From assembly GCF_006345805.1 (NCBI RefSeq), contig NW_021823892.1, positions 1 to 20,950 on the forward strand: 20,950 nucleotides of DNA, given 5' to 3'. Position numbers and translations under genes: made by a program. Numbering within the stretch: position 1 is the first letter of the stretch; the number at the start of each line of letters is the position of its first letter. This document shows positions 1-10,295 of the stretch, one piece after another. The stretch is from Octopus sinensis (Eukaryota). Under the pieces are notes generated by a model, which was given only the letters and a program-made list of their open reading frames with translations, made no database searches and was not told the origin of the DNA.

Positions 1-10
1 ATAATTTGTT

Positions 11-53
11 ATATGTGTGTGTATATATATATGTGTGTGTGTGAGTGTGTGTG
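11..53. repeat. Compound (TA)n/(TG)n microsatellite
   Basis: Direct dinucleotide periodicity. Confidence 0.9.
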
Positions 54-68
54 TTTTCATCTATACAT

Positions 69-230
69 TCTTTTATTCTTTTATTTGTTTCAGTCATTTG
101 ACTGTAGCCATGCTGGAGAACTGCCTTTAGTCAAACAAATCGACCCCGGACTTATTCTTTGTAAGCCTGTTACTTATTCAATCGGTCTCTTTTCCCGAAC
201 CGATAAATTACGGGGACCTAAGCACAGCAT
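69..230 (-). mobile_element. 5'-truncated SINE fragment (family C, 3' half with (ATAAAAGA)n-like tail)
   Basis: Minus strand reads ...GTCCCCGTAATTTATCGGTTCGG...GACCGATTGAATAAGTAAC...GGGGTCGATTTGTTTGACTAAAGGC...CAGCATGGCTACAGTCAAATGACTGAAACAAATAAAAGAATAAAAGA. It shares the GATTGAATAAGTA and GGGGTCGAT blocks with the family A copy at 13348-13535 and matches a recalled octopus SINE 3' end. Confidence 0.8.
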
Positions 231-675
231 GTATGTCTATATTTATATATAAATTAATATGTTCTCAAACCGGCGTAAACTACTGCTGTGAATTACTCAT
301 GCAGCATTTATTTTCGGGAATTTGGCGCGCTAGAACGAGGGAATTCGAATGTAACTGTGAATATAATAGGGCGAACTCTTCGTGTCTCTGACCTCGTGTT
401 AATATATAGCGTGCAGTTCGACAAATTATATTTTATGATGTACTCCACCGATGATCTGAGAAAAATTATGTAAGTAAAATTGCATAATTTATTAACAGTG
501 AAACAATTGTATGGGGTTAATCTATATTTTTGTTATTTTTCATTTGTCCTGCTCGCTTACGATCTTAGTGTGCTAAATTTTTCTCGAGAACAATTCTTAG
601 TGGTTCAGTCCCTTGCGGATCTATATCTAGCGTAAGAGCGTCCACATAGTGGATTCTCTCTCATATTTGTATATT

Positions 676-684
676 TATATATAT

Positions 685-724
<40 letters not shown>
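676..724. repeat. (TA)n microsatellite
   Basis: Direct periodicity. Confidence 0.95.
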
Positions 725-726
<2 letters not shown>

Positions 727-1626
727 GTAAACATAAAAAAGGAATATGGATGTATTATTTATCCTCCATTACACGTCTTTCATTTTCTAAGAATTACAAC
801 GATTTATATGGTGTATATATATGTAAGCAATTCCCTACGAGAGACCTGCCAGACAGAGGAAAGTGTTTTATATAATACCCTTGAAAACTGTTGTCCGCTG
901 TGGTCCCTTTACATGGAACGAAATATAAAAGTTGAAACACCCTAGAGATCGATGAGAATGAAAATAGTCAACGCGACAGGTCTTGATTATTGGGATCGAT
1001 TTGAGAAATACAAACATTATTTCATCCAACGACGATTGTTGCAACAAAACGTGATTTAGAATCATCATGAATATAAATGAGTTTGTTACATTGGTGAGTA
1101 ACAGTCGTGTGAGAGTTTCACGTTAAAGCTTTCCTCCAGTCATAGTAAGAAAATGGCTATGAAATCTGAAAGTCGATCCCGAGTCTAAGACTGTTTTAAC
1201 ATGTCGGTTGAATCCAGTCGCTGTGTAAGTATCTATTACCATATTTAGTCAAGACCTAATGACGTTTTGTTATACATATACTGTTCTAGTGAATGATTCA
1301 ATCTTCCTTAAGTAAATCTGGTCAAAAGAGACGAAAAAGCAATGTTACTTTTAAACTTTTTGGAGTGCGTATCTCTTACGAATAACTACATTTGAAAATT
1401 GCCGAAAAATCTCAAGTGAATAAAAAATAATTATTTACTTCCTAAAGTTTCAAAACATCTTATGGTGATCGCTATACAGAACAAATATAAATAAAGAAGG
1501 AGAGGGTGGCAGATGAAGAAAGGCAAACTGAAGAAAATGAGATGGGTGTGTGGGAGTGAATGTCCGTGTGTGTATGTGTGCACATGAGCATGTGTTCCAT
1601 TAAAGAAATCAACAAACAGCCCACAG

Positions 1627-1655
<29 letters not shown>
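1627..1655. repeat. (CA)n microsatellite
   Basis: Direct periodicity. Confidence 0.95.
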
Positions 1656-1657
<2 letters not shown>

Positions 1658-1910
1658 TGTACACATGAGAAAAGATAAAGGGAACCGAAATTAAGGTAAT
1701 TGAAATTTGGAGGGATCTTTATGCAGCGTTGGATATCGTTCATAATATATGGCAAATCGTATATAATGGATGTCTTTATAGCCTGTTCTATTGCGGTTTA
1801 TACCTTTTAATAAAGGAATTTTCTTTATTCGTGTTTCGTCTACGGTATCGCAGTCGCTTTTATATAGTGGGCAGGCACTATGATATAAGAACTATGATAT
1901 AAAGTATAGG

Positions 1911-2272
1911 AGCACTCCGTCGGTTACGACGATGAGGGTCCCAGCTGATACGATCAACGGAACAGCTTGCTCGTGATATTAACGTGCAACTGGCTGAGCA
2001 CTCCACAGACCCTTAACGTGTACCCTTAACGTAGTTCTCGAGGAGATTCAGCGTGACACACAGAATGTGACAAGGCTGGCCCTTTGAAATACAGGTAAAA
2101 GAGAAACAGGAAGAAAGAGCGAGAGAAAGTTGTGGTGAAAGAGTACAGCAGGGTTCACCACCACCCCCTGCCGGAGCCTCGTGGAGCTTTAGGTATTTTC
2201 GCTCAATAAACACTCACAATGTCCGGTCTGGGAATCGAAACCGCGAGTCCGCTGCCCTAACCACTGGGCCAT
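1911..2272 (-). mobile_element. Near full-length tRNA-derived SINE (family B)
   Basis: Minus strand starts TGGCCCAGTGG (A box, 2271-2261) then GTTTCGATTCC (B box, 2241-2231). A GC-rich body follows, ending ...CCCTCATCGTCGTAACCGACGGAGTGCT. It matches a recalled octopus SINE. No TSD found. Confidence 0.85.
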
Positions 2273-2826
2273 GAAAATATTTGAATGTGAAAATTAATGC
2301 TTATTTCACATTAATAAAGCCGTCTCCTCAGAAAGATTATGACAAAAATGCAACAGGACTTTCTGTCCAAACTAGCATATGATGTGATTTGCGAGTTATT
2401 TGACTGATGCAGAATACAGAGAGAGAGAGAGCGACTGAGTATACGGTTACTCTCTGTGGATATTTTAGTTTTATTTACCAACTATGAACTCCTGAATTAT
2501 AAGAAATATTCAGGCACCACAATTTCAACTCAGAAAGATTTACGAACTAGAACGAAAACAGAAAGTCTCTCTTTGCATGGCTTTTCTTCTACTAAGTTCA
2601 GATTCCATCTATGAAGGATTTGATTAACATCAGTCTGGGTTTGATGAAAGCAACAATGTGCTCGAAAATTTTGTTCGCCTATTGAAAATATTTACTATTT
2701 TTCAGAACCAAAACGGAATGTGAAACAAGTAAGAAAATCGCAGTTGACGAACCAAATAGACTTAAACCGAAATTATGAGGAGTGAATCGTAAACAGAACA
2801 GAGGTTTATATTTGAAGTAATAGTTG

Positions 2827-2906
2827 ATATACATATATATATATATATATATAATATATATATATATAATATATATATGTATATATATATATATAATGTG
2901 TATATA

Positions 2907-2945
<39 letters not shown>

Positions 2946-3001
2946 TATATATATATTTTATATTTAATATAAATAAAATGTATATATATATATGTTTAAA
3001 C

Positions 3002-3089
<88 letters not shown>
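2827..3089. repeat. Long interrupted (TA)n array
   Basis: Direct periodicity with occasional AA/TT/TG interruptions. Confidence 0.95.
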
Positions 3090-3859
3090 GTTCTACTTTA
3101 ATGCTCACTTTCATTTAGATAGCAAGAATATATTTTTCGTCAGCACACAACGACAGAACATTTAATTTTTCTGTTTAACCAATTTCAATTTATTTACATA
3201 CATCCTAAATACTCTATTTAAAGGAAACAATCGCCATGACAACATAGAATTATACATTTCCCTACAAAAAAAAGTAATAATTGTAACGATTGTCAGTTGA
3301 TAAAATCAACCTATATTTATGATTTAAGAAAATGAAATATCATGAAACAAATTACTATTTTTCTTATCACAATGTACGATAATATTACAAATTAAAAAAA
3401 ACACACACAGACAAAAAAAACCCAACGAAACACGACATTCTGATTGTTTACAATTGGCACAAGTTAAAATGTAAATAAAAAAAACAATCTATTGTTTCAG
3501 TCGTTTGCTAGAACTCAATTCGTCCAGACATGAATATACGTTTTCATTATTTCACAATTATATTTTTGTATATGTGATATGATATACTCTCTGGTGTGTA
3601 AAGCGTACATTGAGACATACACGCGTAAATACAGATATAATAAGAGCGTACATAGACGTACATTGTTTTCGATTATTTGTTAATTTGTTTTTTGGTTTGT
3701 TTATTTTTTTGCAGGTTCTTTTTTTTTATTGCGTGTACTTTTACCGTTCATTGTCTTTTCTCTGAAATTGCATGGCTTAAGTTCCACATAGATACCTCTG
3801 TTGTTTGTCTAACTTTCCTTGGATCCTTCCTTTTTCTAATTTTTAGAGCATCTCTTTCT

Positions 3860-4102
3860 CTCCTCTCCACTCTCTCTCTCTCTCTCCTCTAAGTATATAT
3901 ATATATATATACATGTAGATATGCATATATATATACACATACATCTAATATATATAGAATGTATATATATCTGTATTTATAAGTGCGTACATATACATAT
4001 TTATATAGCATACATATACATATATATATACACGCATTTATATATGTATGTATATATGTATATATATATATTATATACATATATATTTGTATATATATTA
4101 TG

Positions 4103-4136
<34 letters not shown>

Positions 4137-4153
4137 TAGTTATGTATATATAT

Positions 4154-4192
<39 letters not shown>

Positions 4193-4207
4193 TATTATAT
4201 GTAAATT

Positions 4208-4261
<54 letters not shown>

Positions 4262-4288
4262 TAATATATGTATGTATTATGTATATGA
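3860..4288. repeat. (CT)n followed by long degenerate (TA)n/(TACA)n array
   Basis: Direct periodicity. Confidence 0.9.
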
Positions 4289-4473
4289 TCAACTATTCTG
4301 ATATGGAAATGTCATCATGCGCATGCCAAGAACCAACAAGAAACATGAATGTTTTTTTAAAGAAATATTTTCCATTTATTTCATGCTTTTTTGCAATGAA
4401 AATATTCTTTCATTCCCTTCTCTTTCTCTTTTATCCATCGTCTGATTTATTGATTTCCTTATGTATACACACC

Positions 4474-4580
4474 ACACACATACAAAGATACATACATACA
4501 TACATACATGCATACATGCATATATATATATATATGTGTGTATGCAAGTATGTATATATATATATATAAGTATGTATGTA
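4474..4580. repeat. (TACA)n/(TA)n/(TATG)n compound microsatellite
   Basis: Direct periodicity. Confidence 0.85.
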
Positions 4581-5151
4581 TTTTTAATTATACATTAATT
4601 TGTGTCTTTTACTCTGCTACATGTTTGGTTCCTGGCGCACATATGCACATTTTTATGCTTTGTGCTTTCGTATAGGTACGTCTCTGTAATACAGACACAC
4701 AAACACACACACAAAACCGCATCTGCATATGTGTACATACATATATATATGCTCATGTATAGGACATACGTATTTTTGTATATATGCATGTTTGTATGCA
4801 TCAACACCGAAAGTATGTTATTTTCTAAAGATTTGCGGCAGACAAGAATCACGTCGTACCACTTACTTAACGATCTGCAAAAACTTAGAATAGATGAGAA
4901 TTCTGAAGTGTCCTAGTACAGTAGTGTTGTTTACCCGTTTCTGAGAGACTTGAGGAGAGATGGACAAGAATAGAACGCAGAAATTTGATTAGCATTTTAC
5001 ATGTCGACTTCGGTAGAGAGAAGACAATGTTTCTTTCCTTAGGATTTTGTCACATACGTAGATCTTGAACTGTTACTGCAAGGCCAGCGCACTAGCGATA
5101 CCGCCAATGACTGTAAAATATGTGACTGTGCGCGCATGTAAATGTATATGG

Positions 5152-5230
5152 ATATATATATATATATATATAATATATATATATTATATATATATGAGTG
5201 TATGTGAGTGTTTGTCTATGTATATATATA
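5152..5230. repeat. Interrupted (TA)n microsatellite
   Basis: Direct periodicity. Confidence 0.9.
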
Positions 5231-5448
5231 AGAGCAACAAGAGAGTCAGAGACAGGCAGAAACAAGGAAAATGCCCTTTGTATTTGAATACTATGCAAAT
5301 ATTCTATTAAAAATCTTTTCATTAAATTTTTCAAAAATTTAATTGCTTTCCATACTTGGAGTTTAAAAAGTCTCAATGACTGAAACCGGTACTAAAATGT
5401 TTTTTTATGATAAAATTATTTTAGCATTTTCTACCTTGACTTTGTCCT

Positions 5449-5466
5449 TATATATATATATATTAT

Positions 5467-5505
<39 letters not shown>

Positions 5506-5530
5506 TATATATATGTATATGTGTATGTAT

Positions 5531-5564
<34 letters not shown>

Positions 5565-5801
5565 GCATATATACGTATATAGATTATATATATATATATA
5601 TATACACTCATATACATATACATATAGTGCGTGCGTGTGTGTATATGGATGTGTGGATGTGTGTGAGTATTTAAGTCTGTGAGTGCCGGTCTGTGGGCGC
5701 GCTGGTGTCTCTATATTTTCACATATATATACATACATATATATATACACACATATATATATATATATATATAATATACATATATATATGTATATATATA
5801 T
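5449..5801. repeat. Compound (TA)n/(TG)n/(TACA)n low-complexity block
   Basis: Direct periodicity. Confidence 0.9.
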
Positions 5802-6060
5802 GATGTTATTTTCCACATTCAGCATCAAAACCTCGTAACTAGACATTCATAGAGTTATACACGCAAATATATACAAACACACGTGCACTTTCTTTCCGTC
5901 AAGCATATTCATCTACTTTCACTTTCACTTACAGATGTTCGCAAACATATTTGTACGCGTTGTTATGCGTTTTCCCAAACCGTATTCTATGGGGCTTCTG
6001 AAATCACTCTCACATCACTGTATAATGCTGTTCCCCCAGCATATTTCTCAATATCCACAT

Positions 6061-6197
6061 TCTTTCTATCTATATTTTTTCTCTTTCTCTACTACCGCTT
6101 TTCCCCTATCTCTCCTTGTCTCTCTGTCTCTCTCTATCTCTCGCTTTCTCTTTCTCTTTCCCACTTTCTCTCACTATCAATCTCCCTTCTCATCTCT
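6061..6197. repeat. Degenerate (CT)n pyrimidine tract
   Basis: Strongly C/T-biased plus strand with CT periodicity. Confidence 0.8.
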
Positions 6198-6543
6198 GTA
6201 TAGACGGTATATTTCAATGTATATTGTTCCCTCAATGCAGATAGAAATTCATTTTTTTTTTCTTTTGTTGGACATTTGAGTTTCTGTTTAAACGTAAAGA
6301 ATTGAAGGTTTGCTTTTCTGTTTTTTCCCTAGACACATAGAATCCATGGAAATAACTCTTTGCTGTAAGTGGATATAAATATGAGAATAATACTATATGT
6401 ATTGGCTTCAAAATGTCAAGCAAACTATAACATGAAAATTAACATCTATAATGCAAACGTGCTCTCACGCACAGCTACACACGCACCTAACAAACAAGAG
6501 GAAATATAAGTATAGGCACCCCCACGCAGCTAGAAACACAGTG

Positions 6544-6567
6544 TATACATATACATACATACATACA

Positions 6568-6615
<48 letters not shown>

Positions 6616-6669
6616 ATATATATATATAGATGATACATATGTATATATAATATATATAATATATATATA

Positions 6670-6708
<39 letters not shown>

Positions 6709-6710
6709 TA
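6544..6710. repeat. (TACA)n run grading into (TA)n
   Basis: About 12 near-perfect TACA units followed by interrupted TA. Confidence 0.95.
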
Positions 6711-6890
6711 TGCGTAAATACGCACAAATTTATATCATTTAGTACATATGTATATTGTATAAATATTTAATCTACGCCTTTCAAAACATCTCTCATTGAA
6801 GACATGTATCTTCATGGCAATTGTTAAAATATCTTTTTCATGAGTAGACGGTTAAAATTTTCTTTTCATGTTCTGGCCATTTTCTGAATG

Positions 6891-6893
<3 letters not shown>

Positions 6894-6928
<35 letters not shown>
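6894..6928. repeat. (TA)n microsatellite
   Basis: Direct periodicity. Confidence 0.95.
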
Positions 6929-6929
<1 letters not shown>

Positions 6930-7017
6930 CCTGTATCATTTAGGAGTATTAATGTAGAATAGAAAACGCATGAATACCTATGAATGCCTTTAACTAATAT
7001 CGTAGGATGTTTTCGTA

Positions 7018-7151
7018 ACCTCTTCCTCGCCATCCTCCTCCTCATCATCATCCTCCTGCTCTCATCATCATCATCTTCGTTGTCTTTGTTGTCATCCCGT
7101 CTTCGTTGCCATCGCTATTGTTATCACCATCCACTTCCTCTTCATCATCAT
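7018..7151. repeat. Degenerate trinucleotide repeat (CCT/CAT/CGT)n
   Basis: 3-nt periodicity, no single frame kept. Confidence 0.8.
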
Positions 7152-7762
7152 ATTAGTCTGAAAAATATAATGATCTTTTTTTCAGCTTACTGAACCTATG
7201 CTGGGGATGGGGACACTCTTCAGTGGAGCCTTTCTCTCTATTCTCACCGGTGTATCAACAAGTTCATTGGTGGTCAGTCTCTCCTGCTTTTTTTTCTCTC
7301 ACCATTCTCTGTAAATGAAAGGTCGATGAGGGCTTTGGCATAGAAGAAACGAAATATTCCTCTCCTCCAGTGGTATCCACAATAGAATATCTTTCACCTT
7401 AGTAACTATAGAAAAATTGAATGGGATTTCGATTGAAGGAACGTGTTGATTTTCACAACAGACGCAACGGACAGCCGGATCATTTGCAAATGCGACAAAA
7501 GCTACACAACAAAATTTTACTCAGTTGCTATGCTCGATACTAAACAAGTACGTATGGAAAAGATTATGGAAAAGATTCGTGAAATATGTGCATCTTCTGA
7601 AGGCCTGACGGGTTCAAATTTGCACCTATAGAGTTATCTATCTTAGTTGAAGTCTCTTTTGAAAGATCTACGATGACAAGGGTTTGGGGGGAAGTACAAA
7701 ATTTCTGTGTAGAAGCTATTTCAAATTCATTCACTTCGTTCCTTAAAACAGCACCATTAAAA

Positions 7763-7959
7763 GAAAATGGCTTATCGGTATTTCATCTGCCGCTACGTTC
7801 TGAGTTCAAATTCCGCCGAGGTCGACTATACTCTTCATCCTTTCTGCGTCCATAAATTAAGTACCAGTTACGCACTGAGGTCGATGTAATCGACTTAATC
7901 CGTTTGTCAGTCATTGTTTATCCCCTCTATCTTTAGCCCCTTGTGGGTATTGAAATAGG
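7763..7959 (+). mobile_element. SINE family A, headless copy (part of local duplicate of 8628-8887)
   Basis: Body GGTATTTCATCTGCCGCTACGTTCTGAGTTCAAATTCC...GAAATAGG; shares private variants and 3' flank with the copy at 8586-8819. Confidence 0.9.
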
Positions 7960-8054
7960 CATTAATTTTTGTCAGTCACATCCTACATGATATTTCCACA
8001 ATCATTTCTCCAACACTTAGAATCTGATGGCAGGCCTCTCAGCAAAATTTTCTG

Positions 8055-8055
8055 C

Positions 8056-8089
<34 letters not shown>

Positions 8090-8103
8090 TCGCTCGCTCT
8101 CTC
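8055..8103. repeat. (CT)n(CA)n compound microsatellite
   Basis: Direct periodicity. Confidence 0.9.
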
Positions 8104-8190
8104 TGACCCCTTTAAGTTTCAGCGAGAATGAGATCCTTGTAATAAAAGGGGCGAAATTGAGACCTTGCCTGTGTACCATAGAAAAATAAA

Positions 8191-8388
8191 AATAACAATC
8201 CTCTTGACTGAAGGCTGGAAATTTTGGGAGAGGGGACTCGACTATTATATCGATCCCAGTGCGCAACTGGTACTTATTTCATCGAACCTGAAAGGATGAA
8301 AGGCGAACTCGACCGCAGCGGTATTTGAACTCTGAACTTTAAAACAGACGAACTACCCGGATTACTAACGCTTCTGCCATCTCGCCGC
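8191..8388 (-). mobile_element. SINE of family A-related subfamily (same head and core, different 3' tail)
   Basis: Minus strand: GCGGCGAGATGGCAGAAGCGTTAG...GAGTTCAAATACC...CCTTTCATCCTTTCAGGTTCGATGAAATAAGTACCAG...GATCGATATAAT, then CCCCTCTCCCAAAATTTCCAGCC...GAGGATTGTTATT. About 78% identical to the 8586 copy over ~110 bp of core. Confidence 0.85.
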
Positions 8389-8423
8389 ATAATAAGTGGT
8401 AGCTGTTCACAAACAGTGGAATT

Positions 8424-8503
8424 TTATTATTATTATTATTTCATTATTAGTATTGTTGTTGTTGTTGTTTCTATTATCACCACCACCATCATCATCATCA
8501 TCA
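8424..8503. repeat. Compound trinucleotide microsatellite (ATT)n(GTT)n(CAC)n(CAT)n
   Basis: Direct periodicity. Confidence 0.9.
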
Positions 8504-8585
8504 TTTACAGCAGGAGTTTCAGCATAAATGCCATTTTATTTTAACTGAAACCTCGAACTTTAAAGGCATTAATGTGTGTCAGTTA

Positions 8586-8819
8586 AGACGGCGAGCTGGC
8601 AGAAACGTTAGCACGCCGGGCGAAATGCTTAGCGGTATTTCATCTGCCGCTACGTTCTGAGTTCAAATTCCGCCGAGGTCGACTTTACTCTTCATCCTTT
8701 CTGGGTCGATAAATTAAGTACCAGTTACGCACTGAGGTCGATGTAATCGACTTAATCCGTTTGTCTGTTATTGTTTATCCCCTCTGTGTTTAGCCCCCTG
8801 TGGGTAGTAAAGAAATAGG
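8586..8819 (+). mobile_element. Full-length tRNA-derived SINE (family A) with 21-bp TSD
   Basis: Head ACGGCGAGCTGGCAGAAACG (A-box-like), B-box-like GAGTTCAAATTCC, 3' end GTAAAGAAATAGG. Flanking direct repeat GGCATTAATGTGTGTCAGTTA (8565-8585) / GGCATTAATTTTTGTCTGTTA (8818-8838), 18/21 identical. Confidence 0.92.
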
Positions 8820-9849
8820 CATTAATTTTTGTCTGTTACAACCTACATGATATTTCCATAATCATTTCTCCAACACTTAGAATCTGAGGTAATTTCTAAA
8901 AAGTTTTCATGCACACGTACCAATAATTTTCTATCTTTCCATGTTAGACAATCAATACATTCTTTTTTAATCATATACGAATATTATTGTCAACAAAATC
9001 GTTCTTTTGTCGGCAAAACAAGACATATATTTGCACATGCATTTTTCAGTTATATTCATGAGGCATAATACAATATCAATTCCTGTTTATTGAAGTTATA
9101 AACTATTGATTAACGTTTATAAAATGCTTCACTTTTTGCTCATTTAAAATGTTATACACGATCATTTTTGCTTTATTTTTCAGTATTTACTTTTTTAATT
9201 CAAAGAACATTTAAATCTTTAATGGACTAAAATTGCAAGTAGGTGTATCCTATTTGCATGAGGATAATAGCCAAAGTAAATTAAATATTAGTACTTTAAA
9301 GTCGTATGTTCTTTTAAAAATACATTATACTTTAGACCTCTCATTGCTCAGTCAGGAATAATTTACGTCTCAGTCGAATGAAGAATGAAATGGGGAAATG
9401 CTAAATAATATAGTTTTAATTGTATTCTATTTATTCTTTCTCTTAGAAAGTCTTTTTATGTTCTGTTTGATCCGAAGTGAAAATCTGCCTAAATGACTTG
9501 GAAATTCATTAATTATCTTATGAAGAAGTTTCTTATGAACCTGTTCAACTGGGAAAACGTATCATTTCACTTCGCTTTGCTTCTTTACTGTGTTTTTTTT
9601 TCTCTTTTAATACTACTAATTCTACTCTGATTGTATTCTCACCTAGTACTCGCAATTATATTTCGCTCATTCAACACTAACATTTTTGCAACACCATATA
9701 TTTTTTCTTTCATTCTTCAATAATTTTTGTCTTTCTTTTACAAATATAATTATTCCATGAATATTTATTCGGTGATTGCCATTTCACTACGTGTGTATAT
9801 ACATGTCTGTGTGTGCCTGTGAACATATAAATGTGTTTATACACATGCT

Positions 9850-9852
<3 letters not shown>

Positions 9853-9892
<40 letters not shown>

Positions 9893-9950
9893 AAAAGGTG
9901 TTTTTTTTCTAATTATATATATATATATATATAATATATATATATATATA
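9853..9950. repeat. Two adjacent (TA)n microsatellites
   Basis: Direct periodicity at 9853-9890 and 9913-9950. Confidence 0.9.
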
Positions 9951-10295
9951 TTCTAAAGTCTTTCGCTAAGCAGCTGTGAGTAGAAAGCCAAAAAGCAATT
10001 TCACAATTAGATAATTTTATAAAAACTATCTTTTTAGATTTAATTAGATTCATAGTATTCCTGAATATATTATTTATCACAAGCATTATTGTTGCAATAA
10101 TTGCAGAAACGACATTGGAAGTTCAGGAATGTTAATACATATATATTTATTACCATAACAACATGAACTATATATTCGCGTTTCTGCGCTCATTTATGCG
10201 TGCTAATACTTGTCTGTGTTACGTATGCATGCGTATGTGTACATGTGTATTTTGTGTGTCATCACAACAGGTGTATTAATTATTTATGATTCAGT

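Noticed and set aside
2231-2272. tRNA gene at SINE heads
   Set aside because: A/B boxes are present but there is no complete cloverleaf or acceptor stem, and they continue directly into SINE bodies.
2284-2311. 9-bp inverted repeat AATGTGAAA...TTTCACATT, plus similar small hairpins at about 604-616, 7181-7194 and 15106-15119
   Set aside because: Short stems are expected by chance in AT-rich sequence and have no functional context.
2827-4288. Recurrent AA/TT phase flips within (TA)n arrays
   Set aside because: Single-base indels in pure dinucleotide runs; cannot be told apart from slippage or consensus sequencing error without reads.
4867-5112. Candidate exons 4867-4940 (minus, KRVNNTTVLGHFRILIYSKFLQIV) and 5043-5112 (plus, DFVTYVDLELLLQGQRTSDTAND)
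   Set aside because: They are on opposite strands, each has one mediocre site or no homology, and neither links to other exons.
6984-7193. Acidic (D/E-rich) or hydrophobic peptides over the trinucleotide tract
   Set aside because: Degenerate CAT/CCT microsatellite; the acidic frame shifts midway and has no convincing splice context.
7462-7547. Plus-strand candidate exon (ACAACAG ... CAA/GTACGT)
   Set aside because: Weak polypyrimidine tract, two open frames and no recognisable protein; expected by chance in 21 kb.
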